The notes under the pieces were generated by a model, which saw only the letters and a program-made list of their open reading frames with translations, did no database searches and had not been told where the DNA came from. Shown here one piece after another: positions 10,069 to 18,894 of a stretch of 64,000 bases of DNA (position 1 is the first letter of the stretch; each line of letters begins with the position of its first letter). Position numbers and translations under genes: made by a program. Source of the DNA: an uncultured Fibrobacteraceae bacterium (lineage in GTDB: Bacteria; Krumholzibacteriota; Krumholzibacteriia; LZORAL124-64-63); the NCBI GenBank assembly GCA_964607825.1, contig CAZSNA010000003.1, forward strand, positions 552-64,551, given 5' to 3'.

Positions 10069-10746
10069 GTGCACTGTCTCGATCTGTCCTCGTCTTCGGT
10101 GACCCGTCGCGCCTGGGAGCAGTCGAGCGACCAGGAAGCGCCCCTCGAGTGGCGCATCGATCCCGCGCAGGGCGTGATCCAGGGACCGCTGGATCTCTGC
10201 TTCCTGGACGGGCGCACCATGCACCTGACGCTCGCGCCGGGCCAGGTGGCCCTGCTGGCCGCGCGGGGCGAGAAGCGCGCCTTCTTCCCCGACGGCACCT
10301 ACCTGCTGCAGGTCTGCGAATCCTGCCTGCCCTCCCACGGGCTCATGTACTTCATGCACATCGACCGCAGCTTCCGCATCGCCTGGAACCAGGTCATCCC
10401 CGTGCCCCACGCCGGCGAGGACCAGGCCGCCACGCGCCACGCCTCGGGCGATTTCCACGTGTGCATCGACTCTCCCGTGCGCTTCTACGAGGAGATCCTG
10501 CGCCACCACGCCGGCGAGGGCGAGGCCATCTGCAAGCGGCTGCTCTCGAAGATCATGCCCACGCTGCTGACCATCCGGCTGGCGCAGTCCTGCGCGCCCG
10601 GCTGGACCGTCGAGGAGCAGCGCGCGGTGCTGGCGTCCCTGCGGCCCGGCGACCTGGACGCCGACCTCGAGCCCTACGGCCTGAGCTGCACGGCCCTGTC
10701 CATCGACGAGACCTTCCTGAACAGCGACAGTCCGCAATCGGTCTGA
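10069..10746 (+). CDS. Hypothetical Cys-containing protein (225 aa, GTG start 3 nt after the upstream stop)
   Basis: This is the C-terminal two-thirds of ORF 9400..10746, which has real protein composition ('CESC', 'HVC'). It is translationally coupled to 9530..10066. Confidence 0.45.
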   Translation: MHCLDLSSSSVTRRAWEQSSDQEAPLEWRIDPAQGVIQGPLDLCFLDGRTMHLTLAPGQVALLAARGEKRAFFPDGTYLLQVCESCLPSHGLMYFMHIDRSFRIAWNQVIPVPHAGEDQAATRHASGDFHVCIDSPVRFYEEILRHHAGEGEAICKRLLSKIMPTLLTIRLAQSCAPGWTVEEQRAVLASLRPGDLDADLEPYGLSCTALSIDETFLNSDSPQSV

Positions 10747-10844
10747 CCCGCCTTGTCGCACGCGATCCCGTCGTGTAACCTGTGCGCCACGCGCCGGAGG
10801 GCGCGCTGACGCGTCCACGACCAACACGTAGGGAGCGTGCCGGG

Positions 10845-12098
10845 GTGACCGACTACCGATTCAGACGACTCGCGGGCGCGGCGGCGCTCGCGCTGCTCTG
10901 CCTGGCGGCGCCGGGGGGCGTCGCCGCCTTCGAGAACGCCGTCTTCGGCGAGATCGCCGTGGAGGGCAACACCTCCACCCGCACCGACCTGATCCTGCAC
11001 GAACTGGGCTTCGCCGAGGGCGATCCCTTCGACTTCGCCCGGCTCGACGCGTCCTGGGAGCACCTCGAGGACCTGGGCTGGTTCGCCTTCGTGGACATGG
11101 ACTACGACGACACCGACCCCGACCGGATCGCGGTGACCGTGATCGTGGAGGAGGACGCGACCACCCGCTACTACCCCGTCATCGACTACGACCCGCGCTG
11201 GGACGTGCTCCTCGGCGCCCGCGTCTACGACATCAACTTCCGCGGCCGCGGCGAGCGGCTGTCCCTCGGCGCCACCTGGTACGCGCGGCACGGCTACGAG
11301 CTCGACTGGTCCCACCCCTGGCTCTTCGGCGTGGACGGCCTGAGCTGCGGCGTCGGCCTGACGTGGGAGCGGGCCGCATTCGAGTTCCTCGACTTCGACT
11401 TCCGGCGCTGGGCCGCGGGCGGGCACCTGCGCTGGGACTTCGCACGCCCCTTCTTCGCGGAGGCCGGCGTCACCCTGCACGACTTCGAGCAGGAGACGGC
11501 CACGGCCGAGCTGCCCGTCGCCTTCGGGGCCGAGGCGCGCAACCGCACCATCCTGCGCCTCGGCGTCGGCGTGGACAGCCGCGACCTGGTCCACTACCCG
11601 ACGAGGGGCGTCTACGGCCGCCTCGCGGTCGAGCGCGTGGACCGGCCCGCCTTCTACGAGACCCGCACCCTGCTGACGGGCGACCTGCGCGGCTTCGTGC
11701 CCCTGCCCTGGGAGCACGTGCTGGCCCTGCGCGCCTGGGGCCGCCGCGTCGACGGCCCGCTCTGGCCCGAGGACATGCTCTTCTGGGGCGGCGCCGACAC
11801 CATCCGCGGCTACGACTACGCCTCGCTGGCCGGCGAGGAGGGCTTCCTGCTCAGCGCCGAGTACCGCTGGCCCCTGTTCCTGATGACCATCTCCGGGGAC
11901 GGCCGCGTGATCGGGATCGGCCTGCACGCCTTCGCCGACGCGGGGTCGAACTGGTGGGACGAGGAGACACGTTCCACCCTTTACAGCTGGGGCGGCGGCG
12001 CGCACTTCGGCATCTCCGACCACCAGTTCCGCTTCGAGGTCGCCGTCGACGACGACGGCGGGGCCTCGTTCCAGTTCATGGACCATTTCAACTTCTGA
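10845..12098 (+). CDS. Omp85-family outer-membrane protein (single POTRA plus D15 barrel); start could be the ATG at 10782
   Basis: Signal peptide 'RRLAGAAALALLCLAAPGGVAAFE', beta-barrel-like repeats, and the gene ends in an aromatic 'HFNF'. Confidence 0.7.
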   Translation: MTDYRFRRLAGAAALALLCLAAPGGVAAFENAVFGEIAVEGNTSTRTDLILHELGFAEGDPFDFARLDASWEHLEDLGWFAFVDMDYDDTDPDRIAVTVIVEEDATTRYYPVIDYDPRWDVLLGARVYDINFRGRGERLSLGATWYARHGYELDWSHPWLFGVDGLSCGVGLTWERAAFEFLDFDFRRWAAGGHLRWDFARPFFAEAGVTLHDFEQETATAELPVAFGAEARNRTILRLGVGVDSRDLVHYPTRGVYGRLAVERVDRPAFYETRTLLTGDLRGFVPLPWEHVLALRAWGRRVDGPLWPEDMLFWGGADTIRGYDYASLAGEEGFLLSAEYRWPLFLMTISGDGRVIGIGLHAFADAGSNWWDEETRSTLYSWGGGAHFGISDHQFRFEVAVDDDGGASFQFMDHFNF

Positions 12099-12117
12099 TC
12101 GACGACGGGAGGTGAGC

Positions 12118-13164
12118 ATGCTGCCGGGCGAGAAGGTGTACCTGACGAAGTTCGCCAAGAGCGCCGGCTGAGCGGCCAAGCTGGGCCCGGGGGGCCTGGA
12201 CGAACTGCTGGCCGTGCTGCCGGACACCCGTCACGACGATCTCCTGGTCGGCACCGAGACCGGGGACGACGCCGCCGTCTGCCGCGTGGCCGCCGGGTTG
12301 GCCGTGGTCTCGACGGCCGACTTCATCACGCCCATCGTCGACGACCCCCACACCTTCGGCGCCCTCGCCGCGGCCAACTCCCTGAGCGACGTCTACGCCA
12401 TGGGCGGCCGCCCCGTCATGGCGCTCAACCTGCTCGGCTACCCCCAGGACGAACTGCCCCTCGAGGCGGTGGCCGGGATCCTGTCCGGCGCGGCGGACAA
12501 GTGCCACGAGGCCGGCGCGGCCGTCGGCGGCGGCCACACCGTGCGCGACGTCGAGGTGAAATACGGCATGGCGGTGACCGGCGTGGTCGATCCCGAGCGC
12601 GTGCTGCGCAACCGCGACGCCCGGCCCGGCGAGCGTCTCGTGCTGACCAAGCCCCTGGGCACCGGAGCTCTGGCGGCCGCCTTCAAGAAGGGCGTGCTGA
12701 GCGAGTCGCATCCCGACTACGCCGCGTTGACCGGGACCATGTGCGCCCTGAACGCCTGCGGCGCCGTGCTGCCGGACCTCGGCGTGCGCTGCGCCACCGA
12801 CGTCACCGGTTTCGGCCTGACCGGCCACGGCCTCGAAGTGGCCCGGGGCAGCGGCGTCACCCTCGCCATCGAAGCCGCGCGCCTGCCGCTGCTGCCCGAC
12901 GCGGCGGGGCTCTGCGGGCGCGGCTTCACCTGCGGCGGCACCAAGGCCAACCGCGGCCACACCGACGCCGACGTCGACTACGGCGATCTCGCCGAGGACA
13001 TGATCGGCCTGGTCAACGACCCCCAGACCTCCGGCGGACTCCTCTTCAGCGTCGCGCCCGAACGCCTGGACGAGGCCCGCGAGGCGGTCCTGGCCGCCGG
13101 CGCCCTCTGCGCGGCCGAGATCGGCGAGGTGCGCGAGGGCGTACCGGGCCTGCTCTTCGCCTGA
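12118..13164 (+). CDS. selD: Selenide, water dikinase SelD (selenophosphate synthetase), a selenoprotein with in-frame UGA (Sec) at 12169-12171
   Basis: The RBS GGGAGGTGAGC-ATG at 12118 gives MLPGEKVYLTKFAKSAG-U-AAKLGPGGLDELL, which matches the SelD Sec/Cys active loop. The same frame continues as ORF 12214..13164 with the AIR-synthase-like SelD body. Confidence 0.85.
12172..12215 (+). promoter_or_regulatory. SECIS-like nested stem-loop starting immediately 3' of the selD UGA
   Basis: The outer stem is ggcca (12174-12178) paired with tggcc (12209-12213). The inner hairpin is ctgGGCCC-ggg-GGGCCtgg at 12181-12199. This fits the expected position of a bacterial SECIS element. Confidence 0.45.
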
Positions 13165-13367
13165 TCCCCGTCACTCGCTCCGGTTTTTTTCGCAAATATC
13201 AAACATATCCGTGTCTTTTGGCCTCAAGCCTCCACCCCTGTGGCCGATATCTTGCACGATTGAGGAACGCAGCCGTCGACGTTGCGCGTCGCGGAGCCGG
13301 AGGATCGCTCTCCGGACGCGGGCGCGAACTCGGCCAGACCTACAGGCAGGGATCGAGGAGGAGCCTC

Positions 13368-14249
13368 TTGTCCACCGCTACTTCCATGTCGCTGAAGAAG
13401 ATGCAGGCGCGGGACCTGAAGCTGATCGTCAAGGAAGTGCCCACGCTTCCCATCGTCTATCAGCAGCTCTTCAGCAAGATGAGCAACCCGAATGTCTCGG
13501 TGCCCCAGTTGGCCGAGGTCGTCTCCCGTGACCAGTCGCTGGCCACGAGGATCCTCAAACTGGTCAACTCGGCCTTCTACGGCTTCAAGAAGGAGATCAA
13601 CACCATCAGTCGCGCGATGGTGATCCTGGGGTTCCGGACCGTGCGAAACGCGGCCCTCGCCATCAGCGTCTTCGACTACGTGTCGGGCGCCGAGGAGGAC
13701 AGCCGCTTTCCCGTCGAGGACTTCTGGAAGCACAGCCTCTGTGCGGCGAGCGTCGCCAAGGTGGTGGGCCAGCATACCGGCGTGAAGCAGCAGGAGGAGA
13801 CCTTCGTGTCCGGCCTGCTCCACGACATCGGCAAGATGATCATGCTGAAGTACTTCGCCGAGGACTTCAAGGAAGTCTGCAGCCTGGCCATCGACAAGGG
13901 CATCACCTGGAACGAGGCCGAGAAGGAGCTGCTGAACGTGGATCACACGGCCGTCGCCAAGGCCGTCCTGCGCAGCTGGAACTTCCCGCCCAACCTCGTC
14001 GAGGCGATCCAGTTCCACCACTCCCTGAGCTCGGGCAGCTCCTACCCCAGCCTGGTCGCGCTGACCCACGTGTCGGACTACGTGTCCTACGAGATGGGCA
14101 TGGGCTCCCCCGCGAGCCGGGTGGGCGAGTCCTGCAATCCTCAGGCGCTGAAGGAGCTCGGCACCTCGATGCCCGAGATCATGAAGCTGCAGGAGACCAT
14201 CGCCGAGGAGACGAAGATGGCCCTGGAGATCCTCCAGATCATCGAGTAG
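13368..14249 (+). CDS. HDOD-domain signalling protein (start TTG 13368 or ATG 13386)
   Basis: 'LPTLPIVYQQLFSKMSNPNVSVPQLAEVVSRDQSLATRILKLVNSAFYGF' and 'GLLHDIGKMIM' are HDOD hallmarks. Confidence 0.75.
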   Translation: MSTATSMSLKKMQARDLKLIVKEVPTLPIVYQQLFSKMSNPNVSVPQLAEVVSRDQSLATRILKLVNSAFYGFKKEINTISRAMVILGFRTVRNAALAISVFDYVSGAEEDSRFPVEDFWKHSLCAASVAKVVGQHTGVKQQEETFVSGLLHDIGKMIMLKYFAEDFKEVCSLAIDKGITWNEAEKELLNVDHTAVAKAVLRSWNFPPNLVEAIQFHHSLSSGSSYPSLVALTHVSDYVSYEMGMGSPASRVGESCNPQALKELGTSMPEIMKLQETIAEETKMALEILQIIE

Positions 14250-14303
14250 TCGCGGCGAATCGAGAGGTATCGCGGCGCGGCCCGGATGGGCCGCGCCGTT
14301 TTT

Positions 14304-15578
14304 CTATGCGTCCTCGGCGGCGGCCTCGCGAAGGTCCGGCTCGGCGTCCGGCCCGGTCGACGTCAGCTCCGGCGCCTGGATCTCCCGCACCGACGTCTCG
14401 ATGGGCGCCGGCTCGGGGAGCTCCTTCCCGCTGCTCGCCCCGTGTTCGGCGATCTTGCGGGTCTGGGGCAGGACCTGGCGCTCCAGCGAGCCCAGCGCGT
14501 CGTTGTAGCTCTTCACGGAACGATCGAGGTTCAGGCCCACCTTGCCGAAGTGGTCGGCCAGGGTGCGGATGCGCTTGTGGAGGTCGCGGCCGAGCTGGCT
14601 GATCTTCTCGGCGTTCTCGGCCAGACGCTGCTGGTTCCAGCCGTAGGCCACCGAACGGAGCAGGGCGATCAGGGTGGTGGGCGAGGCGGGGACGACCTTC
14701 TCGTCCACGCCCTTCTCGATGAGCGACGGGTCCTGGGCCAGGGCCTGGCCGAAGATGTTCTCCCCGGGCAGGAACATGACCACGAACTCGGGCGCCTGGT
14801 CGAACTCGCGCCAGTAGGTCTTCTGGCCCAGCTTCTTCATGTGGTCGTGGATGTGGCGGGCGTGATCGTCGAGCAGGGCGCGGCGCTCCTCGTCGCTGCC
14901 GGCCTCGACCGAGGCGAGGTAGGCGTCCAGGGGCGCCTTGGCGTCGACGATCACCTGCTGGCCGCCGGGCAGCTGGATGATCATGTCCGGACGCAGACGG
15001 CCGGCGTCGCCCTCGACGGTGGTCTGCTCGACGAAGTCCACGTGGTCGAGCATGCCGGCCATCTCGACGACCTTGCGCAGCTGCAGCTCGCCCCAGCGGC
15101 CGCGCACCTCGGGACGGCGCAGAGCCCGCACGAGGTTGCCGGTCTCCTTCTGCAGGGCGCGCTGGTTCTCGTCGACCAGGGAGATCAGCTGCTCCAGGGA
15201 GGAATGCGACGAGATGCGGCGCTTCTCCATCTCGCCGATCTCGCGGTTCACCTTGTCCAGCGACTCGCCGATGGGCTTGACCAGCTCCTGCACGGCGCGC
15301 TCGCGCCTGGCCAGCTCGGCGCCGGCGTCGGCCTGCCGCTTGTCCAGGATGCTGCGGGCCAGCTCGAGGAAGTTCTCGTTGTTGGCGTGGAGGGCGTCGG
15401 CGGCCAGGGCCTTGAAGGCGTCGCGTTGCTGGACGTCGGCCTCGCGCAGGTGCGCGAGCTCCGTCTCGATCCGCGCGGCGCGTTCACGCCGGACGGACTC
15501 GCGTCCGCGCAGCACGAGCGCCGCGATCAGGGCGCCGATCAGCAGCCCGGCGGCGAGTCCGACAAGAGCGGTGGTCAT
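14304..15578 (-). CDS. rmuC: DNA recombination protein RmuC
   Basis: N-terminal membrane anchor, a long coiled coil and a conserved C-terminal 'FVVMFLPGENIF...ALLRSVAYGW' segment. Confidence 0.85.
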   Translation of the reverse strand: MTTALVGLAAGLLIGALIAALVLRGRESVRRERAARIETELAHLREADVQQRDAFKALAADALHANNENFLELARSILDKRQADAGAELARRERAVQELVKPIGESLDKVNREIGEMEKRRISSHSSLEQLISLVDENQRALQKETGNLVRALRRPEVRGRWGELQLRKVVEMAGMLDHVDFVEQTTVEGDAGRLRPDMIIQLPGGQQVIVDAKAPLDAYLASVEAGSDEERRALLDDHARHIHDHMKKLGQKTYWREFDQAPEFVVMFLPGENIFGQALAQDPSLIEKGVDEKVVPASPTTLIALLRSVAYGWNQQRLAENAEKISQLGRDLHKRIRTLADHFGKVGLNLDRSVKSYNDALGSLERQVLPQTRKIAEHGASSGKELPEPAPIETSVREIQAPELTSTGPDAEPDLREAAAEDA

Positions 15579-15590
15579 CGATAGCCTCGC

Positions 15591-15968
15591 TCAGCTGTTC
15601 TTCTTGATGAAATCGGTCAGGCCGACCTGATCCTCCAGCCGCTCGAGCAGGATGTCCCGCGTCAGGTGGCAGGCGTCGGTGATCTTGTGCGAACGCAGGC
15701 TGTAATAGACGTTGATGCCGTCCTTGCGCGTGTTCACCACGCCGGCCTGGCGCAGCACCGCCAGGTGCTGGGACGTGTTCGCCTTGGGGATCTCCAGACG
15801 CTCGGCCAGGTTGTTGACGGAGATCTCCTGCTCCTCGCGCAGGATATCCAGGATCTCCAACCGCTTGGGATTGGACAGGGTCTTGCACAGTTCGGCCTGC
15901 ATCTCGTAGAGCTTCTTATCCACGGCGATTCCTTTTCGCATGCGGGGTCTGACGGTGTCCTCCAGCAT
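15591..15968 (-). CDS. ArsR/SmtB-family metalloregulatory transcriptional repressor
   Basis: 'ELCKTLSNPKRLEILDIL' and 'ISVNNLAERLEIPKANTSQHLAVLRQAGVV' form the winged helix-turn-helix. A TTGACG-16-TTAACT promoter sits about 10 nt upstream of the ATG. Confidence 0.75.
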   Translation of the reverse strand: MLEDTVRPRMRKGIAVDKKLYEMQAELCKTLSNPKRLEILDILREEQEISVNNLAERLEIPKANTSQHLAVLRQAGVVNTRKDGINVYYSLRSHKITDACHLTRDILLERLEDQVGLTDFIKKNS

Positions 15969-16046
15969 CGGTCGATGTCATCAAGTTAACACCATATACC
16001 TATATCGTCAAAATCAAATTTCTGCTTAGTTGCATAGACAATTCGG

Positions 16047-17006
16047 TTATTGATGTTCGCCGCCGCGGAGCTCCGGGGGCAGGTCGAACTTCACATCTTC
16101 TTCCATGACAACGCATTCCTCCGTCTCCCACCCCTCCGACCGGAAATGGTCGACGATGGCCTGGACGAGGTGTTCCGGGGCCGAAGCGCCGGCCGTCAGA
16201 CCGACGCGGCCCAGTCCGGCGAGGTCCCCGTGCGGCAGATCCGCCTCGCCGCCGACCAGATCGGCCGGCACGCCCGCGATGCGGGCCACCTCGCAGAGCC
16301 GCCGCGAATTGCTGCTGTTGGGCGAACCCACCACCAGCAGGCGCTCGACGCCCTTCTCCACAAGCACCTTGACGGCGTCCTGCCGGTTCTGGGTGGCGTA
16401 GCAGATGTCGCTGTGCGCCGGCCCCTCGATGTCGGGCCGCAGCTCCCGGAGCCTCTCGATGATGCCGTGGGTCTCGTCGACGCTCAGGGTGGTCTGGGTG
16501 ACGTAGTAGAGCTCGGCGTCCGCGGGCAGGTCCAGGCCCGCCACGTCCTCCTCGCCCCTGATCAGGGTGATGTGGCCCGGCGCCTCGCCCATGGTGCCGA
16601 CCACCTCGTCGTGCCCCTCGTGGCCGATCAGCAGCACATGCTTGCCCTGGGCGCTGTTGCGCGCGACCTGGCGGTGGACCTTGGTGACCAGGGGGCAGGT
16701 GGCGTCGATCACGCGCAGGCTGCGGCGTGCGGCGTCCTCGCGGACCGCGGGCGAGACCCCGTGGGCGCTGAAGACCACGGTGCCGCCGTCGGGCACCTCG
16801 TCCAGCTCGTCCACGAAGACCACGCCGCGGCTGCGGAAATCGTCGACCACGGCCCGGTTGTGCACGATCTCCTTGCGCACGTAGAGCCGGCCCTCGACGG
16901 TCCCGAGCAGGTGATCGACGGTGGCGATGGCGCGCTCCACGCCGGCACAGAAGCCGCGGGGGCGGGCGACGAGGAGCTGCTTGGGCGATGTATCTGGCGA
17001 GGTCAC
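16047..17006 (-). CDS. ispH: 4-hydroxy-3-methylbut-2-enyl diphosphate reductase IspH (GTG start)
   Basis: 'VARPRGFCAGVERAI', 'HNRAVVDDF' and 'VIDATCPLVTKVH' carry the three conserved Cys of the 4Fe-4S site. Confidence 0.9.
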   Translation of the reverse strand: MTSPDTSPKQLLVARPRGFCAGVERAIATVDHLLGTVEGRLYVRKEIVHNRAVVDDFRSRGVVFVDELDEVPDGGTVVFSAHGVSPAVREDAARRSLRVIDATCPLVTKVHRQVARNSAQGKHVLLIGHEGHDEVVGTMGEAPGHITLIRGEEDVAGLDLPADAELYYVTQTTLSVDETHGIIERLRELRPDIEGPAHSDICYATQNRQDAVKVLVEKGVERLLVVGSPNSSNSRRLCEVARIAGVPADLVGGEADLPHGDLAGLGRVGLTAGASAPEHLVQAIVDHFRSEGWETEECVVMEEDVKFDLPPELRGGEHQ

Positions 17007-17105
17007 AGGGATCTCCGGAGGTTGGCGTCCTGACGTACGATAGACGCACAACCCCATGTGCGCAATCGATGCTGAAAACGAACACGAAAAATGCATACTG
17101 GTACC

Positions 17106-17133
17106 TTGACATCGAGCCGAACAAGATTATAAT
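17106..17133 (+). promoter_or_regulatory. Near-consensus sigma70 promoter TTGACA-16-TATAAT
   Basis: ttgacatcgagccgaacaagattataat lies in an AT-rich spacer upstream of DUF2892 and the efflux operon. Confidence 0.6.
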
Positions 17134-17195
17134 AGCTGCGAAACTGCTTAATTAATTGATCAAGATCCCCGATGGTCCGAGAAAGGTGGCTCGAC

Positions 17196-17402
17196 ATGAC
17201 CATTCACCGCATCCTCCGCATGGCCGCAGGCTTCTTCGTACTGCTGAGCCTTGTCCTCGCCCACTACGTCAGTCCGAAATGGTTGTGGTTCAACGCGTTC
17301 GTGGGGCTGAACCTGCTCCAGTCCGCGTTCACCGACTGGTGTCCGCTGATGACGATCCTCCGCAAGGCGGGGGTGTCCGAGTCGGTGGCCAAGAGCTGCT
17401 GA
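17196..17402 (+). CDS. DUF2892 (YgaP-like) small inner-membrane protein
   Basis: About 68 aa with two transmembrane segments and a 'LSLVLAHYVSPKWLWFNAFVGLNLLQSAFTDWCPL' signature. Confidence 0.6.
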   Translation: MTIHRILRMAAGFFVLLSLVLAHYVSPKWLWFNAFVGLNLLQSAFTDWCPLMTILRKAGVSESVAKSC

Positions 17403-17451
17403 TCAGCGCAGTCGAACCGCAGACGTCGACCCGTTTCGAAAGGCGATTTCC

Positions 17452-18894
17452 ATGATGACACCCGGTTTCGCGGTCGGGAGGCGATTCCCGATCCTCTGGC
17501 TCCTGCTCGCCGTGATCTCGGCGACGGGCGGCGTCTCCCGCGCGGAGACCGCCGGCGCCCTGCTCGAGCGGGGCGTGGTGCGCAACGACACGCTCCTGGT
17601 CACCCGCGACGACGTGGTGCAGGCGGCGCTGGCGAGCAACGAGATGCTCGCGGCCAGCGGCGCCATGCGCGACGCCGCCGGAGCCGACGCCCTGGGCGCC
17701 TGGCGCGGCTTCCTGCCGCGGCTGAGCCTGGGCGCCTACCGCATGCGCACCGACGACGCCCTCTACGGCTTCGGCTTCAAGCTCAACCAGCGCCGCGCCA
17801 CGCAGGCCGATTTCTCGGCGCCGCCCATGGAGGGCATGCCCGCGCCGGCGCCCTTCGGCGACGCCCTGAACCACCCGGGCGTGAGCGAGAACAACATCGC
17901 GCAGGTCAAGCTGCAGCAGCCCGTCTTCAACGGCGGCATGGCCATCTGGGGCAAGCAGGCCGCGAACGCCATGTCCCGCGCCGCGCAGAACGACCATCGT
18001 CGCGCCGAGGACACCATCCGCTTCCACGCCGTGCAGGCCTACGAGGGCCTGGTGCTGGCCCGCGCCTGGCTGCACGTGATGGAGACGGCCCTGGCCACGG
18101 CCGACGCCCACGTCGATCGCGCCCAGACCATGTTCGACAACGAGATGGTCACCGAGGCCGACCTGCTCCAGGCCCGCGTGCATCGCGCGGCGGTGGCGCA
18201 GCGCCTGATCGAGGTGCGCAACATGGCCTCGGTGGCCGGCGAGCACATCAAGCTGCTGACCGCCGGCGAGACCGCCCTGGTCGTGGCGCCCGCGGAGCCG
18301 AGCGAGACGCGGGATCCCGCGGAGGCGCCCCGCTTCGTCGACCGGCCCGACGTGATGTCGAGCCGCCAGCAGGCCGAGGCCGCCTCGGACATGGTCAAGG
18401 TGGCCCACGGCCGCATGCTGCCCCACCTGAACCTGGCCGCCGAGAAGAACTGGTTCCACCGGGACGAGTTCCTCGGCAGCGAGGCCGACAGCTGGACCTT
18501 CGGCATCTACGCCACCTGGGACCTCTTCTCCGGCCTGGAGAACGTGGGCGCCCTCAAGAAGGCGCGCGCGCAGAGCCGCGCCGCCGAGCACATGAGCGAC
18601 TTCGCGACGCGGCGGGCCCGCGTCGAGGCCACGCAGGCCGAACTCGAACTGGCCGCCGCCGCCGAGATGCTGCGCGTGGCCGAGGACGCCGTCGTCGCGG
18701 CCCGCGAGGGCCTGCGCATCGTCGACACCATGTACCGCGAGGGCCTGGTGTCCATGGTCGACCTGCTCGACGTACAGACGCGGGCGACCGCGGCCGAGGC
18801 CGGACTGGTCCAGGCCCGACACGATTACAACGTCGGCGCGGCGCGCGTGGAGTACGCGGGCGTCGTGGCGCATGCAGCGGAGGATATCCGATGA
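17452..18894 (+). CDS. TolC-family outer-membrane efflux protein (OMF)
   Basis: Signal peptide, two tandem coiled-coil/beta-barrel repeats, and a four-base overlap with the downstream adaptor gene. Confidence 0.8.
   Translation: MMTPGFAVGRRFPILWLLLAVISATGGVSRAETAGALLERGVVRNDTLLVTRDDVVQAALASNEMLAASGAMRDAAGADALGAWRGFLPRLSLGAYRMRTDDALYGFGFKLNQRRATQADFSAPPMEGMPAPAPFGDALNHPGVSENNIAQVKLQQPVFNGGMAIWGKQAANAMSRAAQNDHRRAEDTIRFHAVQAYEGLVLARAWLHVMETALATADAHVDRAQTMFDNEMVTEADLLQARVHRAAVAQRLIEVRNMASVAGEHIKLLTAGETALVVAPAEPSETRDPAEAPRFVDRPDVMSSRQQAEAASDMVKVAHGRMLPHLNLAAEKNWFHRDEFLGSEADSWTFGIYATWDLFSGLENVGALKKARAQSRAAEHMSDFATRRARVEATQAELELAAAAEMLRVAEDAVVAAREGLRIVDTMYREGLVSMVDLLDVQTRATAAEAGLVQARHDYNVGAARVEYAGVVAHAAEDIR

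Noticed and set aside
14286-15584. A 432-aa ORF on the + strand opposite rmuC
   Set aside because: It is antisense to a clear RmuC homologue and its composition is Gly/Leu/Asp/Val-rich, typical of reverse frames.
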